From: Nitrospirales bacterium
GTDB lineage: Bacteria; Nitrospirota; Nitrospiria; Nitrospirales; UBA8639
DNA length: 64,000 nt
Reading direction: 5' to 3'
NCBI GenBank assembly: GCA_965203295.1
Contig: CBDBCZ010000018.1
Location: forward strand, 576,001-640,000
Below, piece by piece: positions 13,650 through 25,849 of this stretch. Each line of letters begins with the position of its first letter. Position 1 is the stretch's first letter. Position numbers and translations under genes: made by a program. The notes under the pieces were generated by a model. It worked only from the letters and a program-made list of their open reading frames with translations. It made no database searches and was not told where the DNA came from.

Positions 13650-14550
13650 CGGTGGTTCTCCAGTTGTGGTGGTTCGCTGGTTCAGGTGGTTCACTGGTTC
13701 AGTTGGTTCACTGGTTCACTGGTTCAGGCGGTTCACTGGTTCAGGTGGTTCACTGGTTCACTGGTTCCGATGATTCACTGGTTCTGGTGATTCACTGGTT
13801 CTGGTGGTTCACTGGTTCAGGTGGTTGACTGGTTCACTGGTTCATTGGTTCAGGCGGTTCAGGTGGTTCACAGGTTCAGGCGGTTCATTGGTTCGGCGGT
13901 TCACTGGTTTGGCGGTTCACTGGTTGAGGTGGTTTACCAGTTCTGGTGGTTCACTGGTTCAGGTGGTCCACTGGTTCACTGGTTCACTGGTTCACTGGTT
14001 CCGATGGTTCACTGTCTCTGGTGGTTCACTGGTTCAGGTGGTTCACTGGTTCAGGTGGTTCACTGGTTCAGGCAGTTCAGGTGGTTTACCAGTTCTGGTG
14101 GTTCACTGGTTCAGGTGGTTCACTGGTTCACTGGTTCGGGTAGTTCACTGGTTCAGGTGGTTCACTGGTTCACTGGTTCACTGGTTCGGGTGGTTCACTG
14201 GTTCAGGCAGTTCACTCGTTCAGGTGGTTCACTGGTTCTGGCGGTTCACTGAATCAGGTGGTTCAGTGGTTCAGGCGGTTCACTGAATCAGGTGGTTCAC
14301 TGGTTCAGGCGGTTCACTGGTTCAGATGGTTCACTGGTTCAGGCGGTTCACTGGTTCAGGTGGTTCACTGGTTCAGGTCGTTTACTGGTTCATGTGGTTC
14401 ACTGCTTCACTGGTTCACTGGTTCACTGGTACGGGCGGTTCAAGTGGTTCACTGGTTCTAGTGGTTCACTGGTTCTGACTTGTTCATGATGATTCACTGA
14501 TTCAGCTGAGTCATTGGTTCCGGTGTTTCTGTTGGTTCACTGGTTGAGGT
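13650..14550 (+). repeat. Satellite of 8/9-bp units GGTTCACT and GGTTCAGGY
   Basis: About 900 bp of GGTTCA-based units, often as the 17-bp higher-order unit GGTTCACTGGTTCAGGT. Confidence 0.95.
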
Positions 14551-14826
14551 ATTTCAAATCAGACATTGAAACAGGGTGTCAATGACAGATGTGATACTGA
14601 CAGCCTTCTTGCAAGGGTGGGTCTATGGCTATTCATGCAGTGAGTACATAATATAACTATTCCATGTATGGTGTAGTAGTTTTCAGTGATGTATTATACT
14701 TTTTAAGAAACACATCCATGGAAGAAGTGAAGAACCACGTGTCAGTTTAAAGCATATTCAAAGTGAGTGAAAACTAAAGGACTTACTATCTAAAACAGTG
14801 AGTGAACTAAACTGAAACACAATTAA

Positions 14827-15181
14827 AGTAGGAAGAGCCTCAACTCATGAATAATTAATGAGACGACGTCACTCACGTGGCGCTAATTAGATTCATTGAT
14901 ATGTTTGCATTTTCCCATGGCGGTAACCGGAATCAACAGGAGGGGTGTGTCACTTTGATGTGGATAGTGGCTCTTTCATATGCGATATCGGCACTTTGAT
15001 GTGATTGAGAGGTACTCTGGAGTTGGCTTTCAACACTTTTTTTTAAAAATGATATGACATCATAGAAATGTGAGTAGGCTTTTTATGTCAGAATAGCTAG
15101 CTAGTGTGTTGTAAAACGTTTGTTAGGCTGCCCGAGTGGCTAGACGTCAGCCAGACAGACGGATAGTGGCAGGTTCTTGCC
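14827..15181 (-). mobile_element. Truncated inverted copy of the Kolobok-like element at 41509-42464
   Basis: Starts TTAA|AGTAGGAAGAGCCTCA and is the reverse complement of ~42085-42464. Confidence 0.8.
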
Positions 15182-16019
15182 AATTTACACCTCTTTCAGT
15201 GACCACTAATTTCTCTACAGGCTGGCAGGCATCTATTAAATTTAGACAACCTATTAAGCAGGGCACTTCAAAGGCCATGACTAGGTCTACATAATTTCAG
15301 TCAGTTTTGACATAAGGCCACATAACATAAATTACTAGATACTCATCTGCACCACCTGCCAAAGTTAAGGCTGTGGGCTGCATTACCTTTTGCTCTTGTC
15401 ACAGGTGGCTATACTCATCAGATACAAGAACAGATCAACTGCACTAATGTGCAAGCATATTCCTGTGATTTTACCCATGCAACTGATTCCCCATGCAGAT
15501 CGTAAAAAATTGGTGCATTCGGGTAAGAGATTTAATCAATAGTCATTTTGTACATGTGGCTTATTGGCAGTCTGTTTATAAACCGTGTGAAGACTACATG
15601 GAAATTAAGTTGCTGCTCGGTCACCCTATTCTGATATGTAACATATCTAGCTGTAGTCTGTTGCTGTGCAGCATGCCGTGTGCAACTTGCAGATTCAACT
15701 GACTTACTGCTGGTGTCAATGTCAGGTCGATTACTTGACTGGGTTGCATTGGATGAGGTCTGAGTTGCATAGGGTGAAATATCAGTCAATCCGTCTGATG
15801 CAGTTCTACCTGCACCACGTTCATCAGCGCTGACGGGAAAACTATTGTCAAAGTCTGCTTCCGAAAATTCTGCAGTTTCAATATATAAATTTTATAGTAA
15901 CATAATAAATCAACTATCACATGGAGTTCTGACAGTACGGATTACATGCAGAACCTTGCACAGCTTAACATACCTTCTCTCTGAGCCTCCATGGCTTTTC
16001 ATGTAGCTGCGAGTGTTTA

Positions 16020-16610
16020 AAAGAGTAAGAAGTATAGGGCTAATATATTGTAATGGTTTATCGGTCATACCTGTATATGTGTAGTCTGTGTAAGAAAGTA
16101 TATGGGTGCAGGGGCCAGACAGATGGTTGAAGAGCGTAACACCTTAAACTGGTGCTATAAGATCAGGATGTGTTTGTATGAGTGTGGGTTAGGCTTCCTA
16201 TGGCAGAGAGATCAAGCGGAGGGTCTGTCAGCTAAGGAATTCAAATCTGTGGCTGTTTATTTCGGTGGGAGAAGACAAAGTGGATGGAGAAAATCCAGGA
16301 GATGGAAAAACTAGTGTTATATTATAGAGATCAAATCAGAGGCTTGTGTTAGATGAGTGGTGAACTGTGAGTACCGCAGTGTGTTGGTGCATTTACCTGG
16401 ATGAGGTGGAGGATGAGTTGCATTAATTTTTGATTCCCACTACTGACAGAAGCAAGCTGCGTTGAAGTGGGAGGAATGTTGGATGGGTTTTGGATTGTTA
16501 TTGGAGCTTGAGAGATTTGAAGAGCAAATGTATTATATGTCTTGCTGCAAAATCTATTTGCAGGATATTTAAGCTTAGGAAAGCCATTTTGTAAAAATAA
16601 TGTGTATAGT
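16020..16610 (+). mobile_element. Degenerate LINE ORF2 3' region
   Basis: Remnant motifs NWCYKIRMCLYECGLGFLWQ and DEVEDELH, typical of the C-terminal region of non-LTR retrotransposon proteins; stops and frameshifts present. Confidence 0.55.
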
Positions 16611-17375
16611 GAGTCATAAGCCAGTGTCAGCTTCTATGATTAGTCTCGAGGGCCAGACTTCACTGCCAAGGAGAGTTACGTCTGGACACTATATATGATT
16701 AGATTTCCATTGCCCTCTGCAGGAATGCGGGAAGAGCCAATTAGATTGTAGTTCTTCGTAGATTGCGTATTGGGCACATAGTTGGGCTGGTACTGAGACT
16801 AAGTCCTAGCTGTGAGGCACCGTAAACTCGGCCCACCTCCGAGAGTTAATATTATTAGGACAGTCATGTCATGCTCAATTACAATGCGCGCATTGAGTTA
16901 AAGTGAGCTATTTCAATTCATAACCAGCTGATGCTTGCAATATTCTATATAGCTATCACCAGTCTCAGAGGAATGGTATACTTTCCACAATAGTGCACTC
17001 AACTGCTACTATCTTAACCATATCCCTAACATAACCCTATCCCTAACTGATAAATACATGTAGTCCTAACCACACTGCCAAGTGTAAGTACAGCGAGTGA
17101 GCATAGCTGCGGTGTATTTAAGTGCGGGTATTTTTGCGACTCAGCCTGTCGCAAGAATAGCGATGAAATAATTACACGTGAACTACATCCTGGGTGTGGC
17201 GAAACTGGGATATTTTCGCGAGCCATGCAGGCGGCGCTCGACTGTAGTATAAAGGAATCATTGGCAATGGCATGCTGAGCTACGTCTTGGCATCTCTGCG
17301 TGCAGCATAGTTTCAAGGGTCAGACATGGCTGGCACAGGAGTGGAGAGACAAGTTGTGCTGCTTGAAAGTCATGT

Positions 17376-17688
17376 TAGTTAGTTAGTTAGTTAAATTTTC
17401 ATTTTAAACAGGAAGATGTCCCTTCAGCCAACAGATGGCTGGTCCTCCAGGGAGTCCTGTGACATGAGTACACAACACACAAACACAAACAGACAGCACA
17501 CAGATAAAAAAGTTGCAAATAAATAGATACAAAAACACCAGTTAGGAATAGCTATAGCCGGTCCAGGATTCGTGCCTTCAGTCGTCGCTGAAACGCCTCA
17601 GATCCCAGTTCTCTCACGCTGACAGGCAGCCTGTTCCAATCCGATGCTCCCCTGAATGTAAATGACCTCCTAAGAAACTCAATGTAGT
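17376..17688 (-). mobile_element. 5'-truncated CR1/L2-group LINE 3' end with (TAAC)n tail
   Basis: Minus strand reads IEFLRRSFTFRGASDWNRLPVSVRELGSEAFQRRLKARILDRL*, then a 3' UTR and tandem tail; flanked by 30-bp direct repeats at 17346-17375 and 17689-17718. Confidence 0.8.
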
Positions 17689-18777
17689 GAGACAAGTTGT
17701 GCTGCTTAAAAGTCATGTAGTGAACATGTAACTTTTTATTTTAGTTATGCACTACCATCAGCTGACTTTCTCATTGATTTCACTGTCACCTCTATTCACC
17801 CTATTCAACAATGGTTTCTGTAGGTACCTCATGATCCATGCCTGACGTGTATATTATCCTTTTCTAGAACTTTCTCTAGCCTTCACTGTTTGGTATATAA
17901 GGCCTGCATATCTGCTGAATATCAAGTTTTAAGTAACCATTCCAAGCTACTACAGTCACATTCGCATCGCTCTCGATTGTGCCGTCCGTTTCTAACGCTG
18001 ATATCTTTACTTATACTGAAGCTACAAGGAATCATTGTCAATGGCATGCTGAGCTACGAAAAGTAAGTCTTACTTGGTTTTGGCATCTCTGCGTGTAGCA
18101 TAGCTCAAGGGTCAGACATGGCTGGTACAGGAGTGGAGAGACAAGTTGTGCTGCTTGAAAGTCACATCCGCATCGCTCGATCGTGCCGTCCGTTTCTAAC
18201 GCTGATATCTTTACTTATACTGAAGCTACATAAATTCTACTAACCTGGGAGCTGTAGTAAGCCTCCCTTGGTAAAATATGTGGTGGACTTGTCTAGATCT
18301 CTGCCCCTAGTTGCACAGCAGGTTTGAAGATGGCGTGCATGTAGCCGCCTGAGACGCCATTTTGAACACGTTCCTCCATAAAGCCCATATAAATTGTGTA
18401 TAGTTTTGTTTTGACCATATCTCCTCACAGAAAATGGAAGTAGAGAAACCCCACTTTTAGTATATTCATCACCCAAAGATTACATGGTGAAGTTTCGTCC
18501 CTCTGTGACACCTCCTTCATGCCAATCGTATTATTTATTTATTTATTGTATACACCCCCTTTTCCAGTCTTATCTTTACACTTGGTACGTAGTGTATACA
18601 TACTGAAATAACTGTTGTAGTAAACCTGCTGCATATTCAAATTACATGTACAAGATAAAAAAGGAAAAAAAAACCTATGCTTACATAAACATATCCTCTC
18701 AGTTTATGTACCTACCACAGTATCAGTGATAAACTCCAAATAAACAAGTGTATGGAAGCAGCTGTAAAATGAGACAG

Positions 18778-21700
18778 TTAGTTACACTTTTCATCAAGCT
18801 TTCTTTGAACTCCGTTAATAATTTTTCGAATTAACTCCACCCTGGAGGCACTTTGCTCAGTAGCAATCTGCAAAATTATTTGCGATGTTGTTCGGACCAC
18901 AGGGTTGCAGGAATTCTCAGTGAGGATGGCATCACAGATGGCTTCATCACTAATGAAGTGACCAGCTATAATGCGATTAGTATCATTTGCTGGAGAGAGT
19001 GTGTCAAAAAGCTCTGACATCAGATCAAGAGTACCCTGTAAAGGACACAAGTAAAGTGAGTTTCATCTGTTATAATTATTTATAGCACAGTGCGACCTTA
19101 CAATACACAATGTCATGAATAGAAAATTTCTGGAAGAGTGGTGTATCATTGTGGTATTTTGCATGATTCTTAAGCATGTGTTCACTATAAAGCTAGTGGG
19201 TTGGCTATAGCATCTCTCAAGACCCCTCTCCCTATGGCGACGTTAAGTACATGTACTGCATTGTAATAGGTCCTGCACCTTATCATGTAAAGCTAGTGCT
19301 TTCGTATTTATGTAACTACTGTGTTGTGGTAATCTCCTTTTTTTCTATTTAGGAAGCAATGGCTGAGTTGGCAGATAGTACTAGGTACTTGCTTTCAATG
19401 GAGATAAACACGTATTATGGCAATCCCGGGTAGACAATTCCATCACATAATAATTGTTTCCATCACCACCTTGCATTGTGATAGCTCTGAACTACCATTT
19501 AATTAAGGGTGGGGTAAATAAATTAAATGTGGAAAGTAATACCAATATCATATGTATGTAAAGCTAGTGCTTTCGTATTTATGTAGCTACTGTGTTGAGA
19601 TAATCAGCAAGGGCTGAATTGGTAGATAGTAGCTATATAGTAGGTACTTGCTTTAAATGGAGATAAACACATACTATGGCCATCCTGGGTAGACAATTCA
19701 TTACATAATAATTGTTTCGATCACCACCAATTGCATTTGATCCTGAAATGCGATATCTCTGAACTACCATTTAATTAAGGGTGGGGTAAATAAATTAAAT
19801 GTGGAAAGTAATGCCATTCATAATGGTGTAATGTTTGTTTTCTTGCCAGGACTGCTATAGGAACAAATCCAAACCAGTGTGCAGGGAGCTGAATACCCAG
19901 GAAAGGCTTCTAACTCATGAGATTCTCAGCTCCCTAGGACAGCATTTGTGTCCTAATTTGTGCATGCAGTAGTAAAGTTCTTCTACACTTTATAATTGTT
20001 TCCTAACAAAATCGTGGTTGGTGGCACACTAACAAAAAAGGGGTGGCTGCATGGACAGGAGGTCCCAGCAAAAATTGCTTCACAACATGATTCACAACCT
20101 CTTTTTTGCAGACACCCCAAAACAACCTACCAACTGCGTCACGAAGTGTCATGATTACGTCATAAATAGTTAATTAACCGTGCATTGACATCATAAAATG
20201 GTTAACCAACCCTAACTCAGCACTCACTGATTGAGTGACCATGGCTGAAGGCAGCGGCAAGTTGCTTCCGAGTAGCGATGATGTGAGATCAGTGTCACTA
20301 GTGCATGCAAGTACATGTGAACTGTACACAGTGTGATGCATAATGGATATGAGGCTGCTTGTACTGCCAAAATCTGAACTCTTGTCTGCAAAAAATCCCC
20401 TAGTTTTTGGGACCTTTTTTGCTATCCTGCCAAAACAACCAACCAACTTGGTGGGTGCACGTTGTACCTTTTTTCAAGTATGGCCCCCCGGGCTGGATAA
20501 CTTAAAGCCCAAGAATAATATCATCATAGCAAAGTTGTATTTACATGTGTACGCCTCTACTTACAAGGTCTTTCTCCCTTCTTGTTGTACTGTTGTCACC
20601 GTTGTCACCGTTTGCAAGGCAACCTGTACACCACAAAAAATACTAACCAAATTAAAAGTGCTTGGTGATACCAAATAGTAAACAATGGTAGACTTAGTAT
20701 ACTATTTGAATGGCAACAGTGACTTGAAACCACCTTCTTTAGCCTTATACAGAAACAACAAATGATAGTACAGAAGTTAAAGGTCCTGTAATAGCTACTT
20801 TAGAATCTATGCTAACAATTTGACATCAAAATCAAAATTCAAAAACGTTTAAAGCTCAGGACAGCAGTTTAGCTGCTGGTTATCATTATAATGACGATTA
20901 TGTTGGTTTGGTAGCAAGTACATGTATATGAATCTGTGTACTCTGCTCTCTTTTGGATAGTCAATCTCTAGCAAGAGTGCCATTGCATATACAGTATATG
21001 CTAACTATTTTAAGAATAAGCCAGAAATCATCACATACCGTGGTTTGATCACGGGATATGTCCACTGACACAGAAGGCACAATTCTATTATTGAAATAAC
21101 AGCTATCATGCATCGGTAAGTAGATTGACCTTCAGGAAAATGAAGCTGTTTTTTTCAATGCACACACAGCATGCTGCCTTGAAATTAAAATACATTACAT
21201 GTTGGAGATCTAAACAAGTCTATCATACTGTATATAAAAAGCTATACTGTAACTGGAGATATCACAAGCTCCGCCTGTGTATGTGTGGTAAGCACTACAG
21301 TGACATGAGTACATTATTAAGAAGCTCCTAAGTTAGTAGGGTTATTAGGATTTGAGGGTTGAAGGTATAATTATGGGGTCTGTATCCATCTGAAGTTTAG
21401 GTGTGCTTGTGCATAATTTTATTGGTAAATGCTTACCAGGAAGATCAAGCTCTAGAGGGTCAAAACAAATAACGAATATCACAAATCCTCTTCCACGAGT
21501 CCTTTCACCCGTACGAAATGTAACAGTGAAGGTACCTGCCAGGATAAAAAGATTAGCTGCAATGTCATATGTATACAAGAGTCAATAATCTGATGGCCGG
21601 GAGTTGACTGGAATGATAAATAATCAGGTAGACTTTAATAGAGCATAATTATATGCTACACAGGTGCATACTATAATATATACAAGGCAAAAAAGAGCAT

Positions 21701-24700
21701 ACAATGAATGGAAAGGAACAACAGATTACTAGATCAAATTACTATAACTCCTACAACTGGTTGAGAAGTCAAATAATAATAGCACATGTGGACATTGCTT
21801 GGTTTCTCTTGAAACTGAAACCCCGAAATCACCATAGATTGGGATATTTCACTCGTAAAACCATCTGTCTGTGACTGTTTTGAAATGTTTCGTTTTGTCA
21901 CTTTCAGCAGACGGGAAGTATAGTGTTATTGGTCGACGTCCAAATTTGGAAAAAAAATCGTTTTTAAGTTTCATCGGTGTAGGGGGACGGTGAATTTTTT
22001 CTTATACCTCAAAGTTTGCTGATCTACAGTATATTCGTATTGTGTACTCTTGTATTCAGACTATGGAAGCTTACTACTATGGTAGACATTGTTGTTGAAG
22101 TACACAACAATACAGTCACCCAGCATTTAACCATAGAGATCCTAAAACAACCTAATATGCATCATAGCTGCCAGTAGTTATGTTACGTGAGAAAGCTAAC
22201 TGTTGACTTTGCACTTAGCCTAAGTCATGCCCAGTGCAAGCCAGACCCGAGCGTGAAGTGCGACGGTCTTGTACGAAGCCTAAGCCATGCCCAGTGCAAG
22301 TTGGCTTCTCTGCTGACTCAGCTACAGATGTATATTTCTCTAGCCACATTTCAGTGTATTTATTCACCCCAATAAAGTTAGCAGCACCTAGCAACGGCAT
22401 AATATAAAGTTTTCTATGAAATGTAGCACGAGGCAAAGTGATGAAGTGAAGAATAAATGTTACACTACATACTTATTCCATGCTTTTCCACTAACCTTCC
22501 TCCAACTGGAACAAGTTATCCCCTGGCTCATTTCCACAACTCTCTGTTGTGCCAAAGCCAGGGCGTTCCACTTCAATGTAATCTGTGCACCTGTAAATGG
22601 AGTAAAGGTACGTGAATGTTTGTTCACTTAATCCTTTCTCCTCCAATGGCACAACATATCAATCACAAAATACTTGAATCTCTTGTTTTCTACTGTTTCA
22701 TTTTGGTGGCAATTGGTGGCTACGTGGACCTGCCTTTCTCCTGGTTTTCTATTTTGACTGTTTGCCGCAACCGAGTGAACCTCACTATAAACCTCATTAG
22801 CTATATCTAACTTACCATGGTAAAACAAATTCTACACAGAGTGGAAACATCCAAATAGCTGTACAGTACCGGTACATTATACCTCAACATGAATGCAAAT
22901 AACTACTCTTTCCTTTCCTGGTTGAAAGATGCTACGTAAGTTTGTCCAAGTATACAAAGTACTTATCAAAAGTACTTAAAGCTTGGCTCCACCTACTGTA
23001 GGTGCACTCTGTAACTGAATCAATTTCAGATGATTGATTTCAAAGGTTCTTGTCTACTGTAGGTGCAGCCAATGCAATCTGTAACTGAATCAATCTCAGA
23101 TGGTTGGTTCTTGTCATGGTGTTCACAATTCTATAGAGTATAATGCATACATACACAGTGACAAAAGGTACAAAGTGTTAATGTATGCATACCTGCCAAA
23201 GCAGTCAGCTTCCTGTAAGTCCAGGCGAATAGTGTTGTAGAAGGCACGTCTCCCTGCGGGACACTGGACATTGTAGGTGACTAGCATTGAATTCTCATAG
23301 CTGAGGAAGAGAACACGGAAGATAAACTAATACACAAACTCTGGAGTTGATTGGCTGAGGCAAGAAACGTTAACATATCTGAGGGAAACTTAGTACTGAG
23401 ACCAACCCTATATAACTGCATGGAGTAAAGCCACATGGCTTTCACTAACATTATTATTCTATTTGTAGAGGCACTGCAGTTAACTTTTTACCAGCTAGGC
23501 GTATGTAAAGTGTGCAAATGGATGGTCCTGTCATAGGCCAGCCACAGTCGCTAATGGAGATTGGCCATACTGCTTGAAAACTCGTTGGCATTGCTCGATC
23601 GTGCCATCAGCCTCCAGTGCTCATATCTCCATAGATAATTATTCCATGATATCTTACAGTATGGCTACACAAACTCTACTAAAGTGAAAGCTGGAGTAAT
23701 GAAGCCTCTCTTGATTAAACAACATGACAAATTTGTGAACATCGGATCTTTGGTCTGCAGTGACTTTGAAAATGTCAACCAAGAAACAGCCACAGAGATG
23801 CCATTTTGAACACGTCCCTTGCCCCCGGGGAGAGCAGAACAAACTATATTATAAATGTATATAAACGCTGAGATCGTTGAGCGCATAGCATGCGATTATT
23901 GGCCTTGTTGCACTAGGACAATAATACATCAAACATTGCTATGCCTATATTGGCAGCTTTGTAGGCCAAGCTACAGCAGCGAGTGTAGTTCGTAAAAATT
24001 GGTTAGTAGCCACAACCGTTCTGCTGTGGTAACTTACAGCTGTTAACAGGAAGTACACTACAACACTGGTGAGTCAGCATTTTTGCTGCACTACATTATT
24101 TTGGTTGTTTATCTGGTGCTGTAGGATACACATTATACATAGGTTTATGGTCGCAGTATTTTAAACTGATCTCTTTCTGAGCTAATCCTAATTGGTGTTT
24201 CACTTTATCTATGGGTGAATCACTGTCACATGTTCTATAATCATATGGCATACATATTCTTCATTACTTAGTTATCCCACCATTATTTTGGGGCCATCAG
24301 TTAAGCATGAGAAATTACACAAACACACATACACAAACTCACTCTTCTTCCAAAAAGAAACCCGGAGAAAATAGCACACGAAGATTCGAATTTCCCAGAT
24401 CATTTATCGGCTCCACTACTTGTGCTGTCGGAAACTGAATTGGATTTCTGTAGGTGCACTGTAGCCCTCCAGATGGTCCTCGACCAATTCTAGTCCTGTA
24501 AATTCCCTGCTCACTGCACAGGAATAAAAATTGAACGAGGAAAACTAACATAAATGTAGCTATGGGTTTATTAGGAAAAAATCCAGGTTAAGAGAGGTAA
24601 TTGCAGTTTGTCATAATTAGAATTTTTTTTATCCAGAGAACAGCCTACATTTACAAAGCCAGCTACAGGTCATTTATCTAGAATCTGACACTACAACCAT

Positions 24701-25788
24701 CCAAATTACACTGCAAGTCAAAAGAGTTTAGCAAAGAAAATAGTTTATGACAATGCTATTATGTTATTTGATCACTTTATGCACTGAATGATCACTATAC
24801 GGCACCATACTGTAGCTATTATTACTGTATGGTCACTCTTTGGCACTCTATGACATTGCGTGGTCGCTGTATAGCACCCCAAAGCACTGTATACATGGTC
24901 ATGCGTGGTATGGCACTCTATGATATGTCATGGTCACTGTCGCTACAACACTCTATGGCATTGTATGGTCACTATTTTGAACTCAATGACTCACTTTGGT
25001 CCAGGCTGTCTAGTTGCGGCATGTGGGATACACGGCAGGTTGTTCAATCGGCTGAAGAGGCAGCGAGTCGCAGGCTGTGAGTCTGCAACCCTAAGGAGAG
25101 TACAACACCCAGCCATCACAATATCATCCATCACAATAATTATGCTGTTTGGAAAACACATGATAGTGGAAATCGTAGGAGGAAAATGAATATTATTCTG
25201 GTGTGCATTCCAACTGTGTCTTTGTGTTGGAAGTGTAAATAGTAGCCCCGAACTTCGCTAAGGGTCGAGATTAAATATGTTATGTAAATTTTGCAAATGT
25301 TGACGCAACTATGCAATGTGTTTGCTTTATCTATGGGTTGTGAAATACCACCTTTCGAAAGCAAAAACGTAATTTAGTTAGGCAATGATTGTACGACTCA
25401 GTATAGCTAGGTAAATAGGACAGCTATATTCATAGCCGTTTTCAGCTTGACGAAAAATCGTGCTAGAATAACCTTGCTTTACCTGGCTTCGCTGTAACAA
25501 ACAAGCCTTCACCTAATATGCCTCTCTACATAATATTAGTTAATACACACACTCAAAACTGCATACACCTTGAGACTCATCAACAAAAAATGTTTAAAAC
25601 TTTTTGAACGCCATGGGAATAGAAGAAAACATTTATTTTATATTAACGCCTAATATAGAAAGGCCAATATAAATCTTATGGATGTATTAAAACTCGGCTT
25701 GGAAAGAGTTAAAATAACCGCAATCTTACCTGAGCATCCAGGCGCAGCAAACAGCTGCAGTGCAAAATATGGCGACCTTAAACTCCAT
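18778..25788 (-). CDS. Secreted CUB-domain protein, paralog 2 (~285 aa)
   Basis: Exons 25788-25730, 25491-25483, 24513-24343, 23300-23193, 22590-22496, 21535-21437, 20623-20565 match paralog 1. A phase-0 terminal exon 19035-18778 (GTLDLMSELF...QRKLDEKCN*) has a strong acceptor and AATAAA downstream at ~18535-18547. The join to the terminal exon is inferred from phase alone. Confidence 0.8.
19290..19815 (+). repeat. Tandem duplication (~270-bp period) inside an intronic transposon-like relic
   Basis: AAAGCTAGTGCTTTCGTATTTATG...AAATGTGGAAAGTAAT occurs twice. Confidence 0.85.
25594..25712 (-). mobile_element. Small TTAA-flanked (piggyBac-like) MITE in intron 1 of paralog 2
   Basis: Absent from paralog 1; TTAA at both edges; related to ~37975-38090 and ~37000-37100. 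Confidence 0.6.
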
Positions 25789-25826
25789 CTCCTGTGAATT
25801 TCTTTGAACAGGCTATAGGTTCTAGT

Positions 25827-25836
25827 CTATTTATAG
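25827..25836 (-). promoter_or_regulatory. TATA box of CUB paralog 2
   Basis: CTATAAATAG about 40 bp upstream of the ATG. Confidence 0.65.
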
Positions 25837-25849
25837 TAAATTATGCTGC

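Noticed and set aside
13562..14489. Overlapping WFTGSGGSLV-repeat ORFs
   Set aside because: They are a by-product of the stop-poor 8/9-bp satellite, open in all three plus frames, with no splice or start context.
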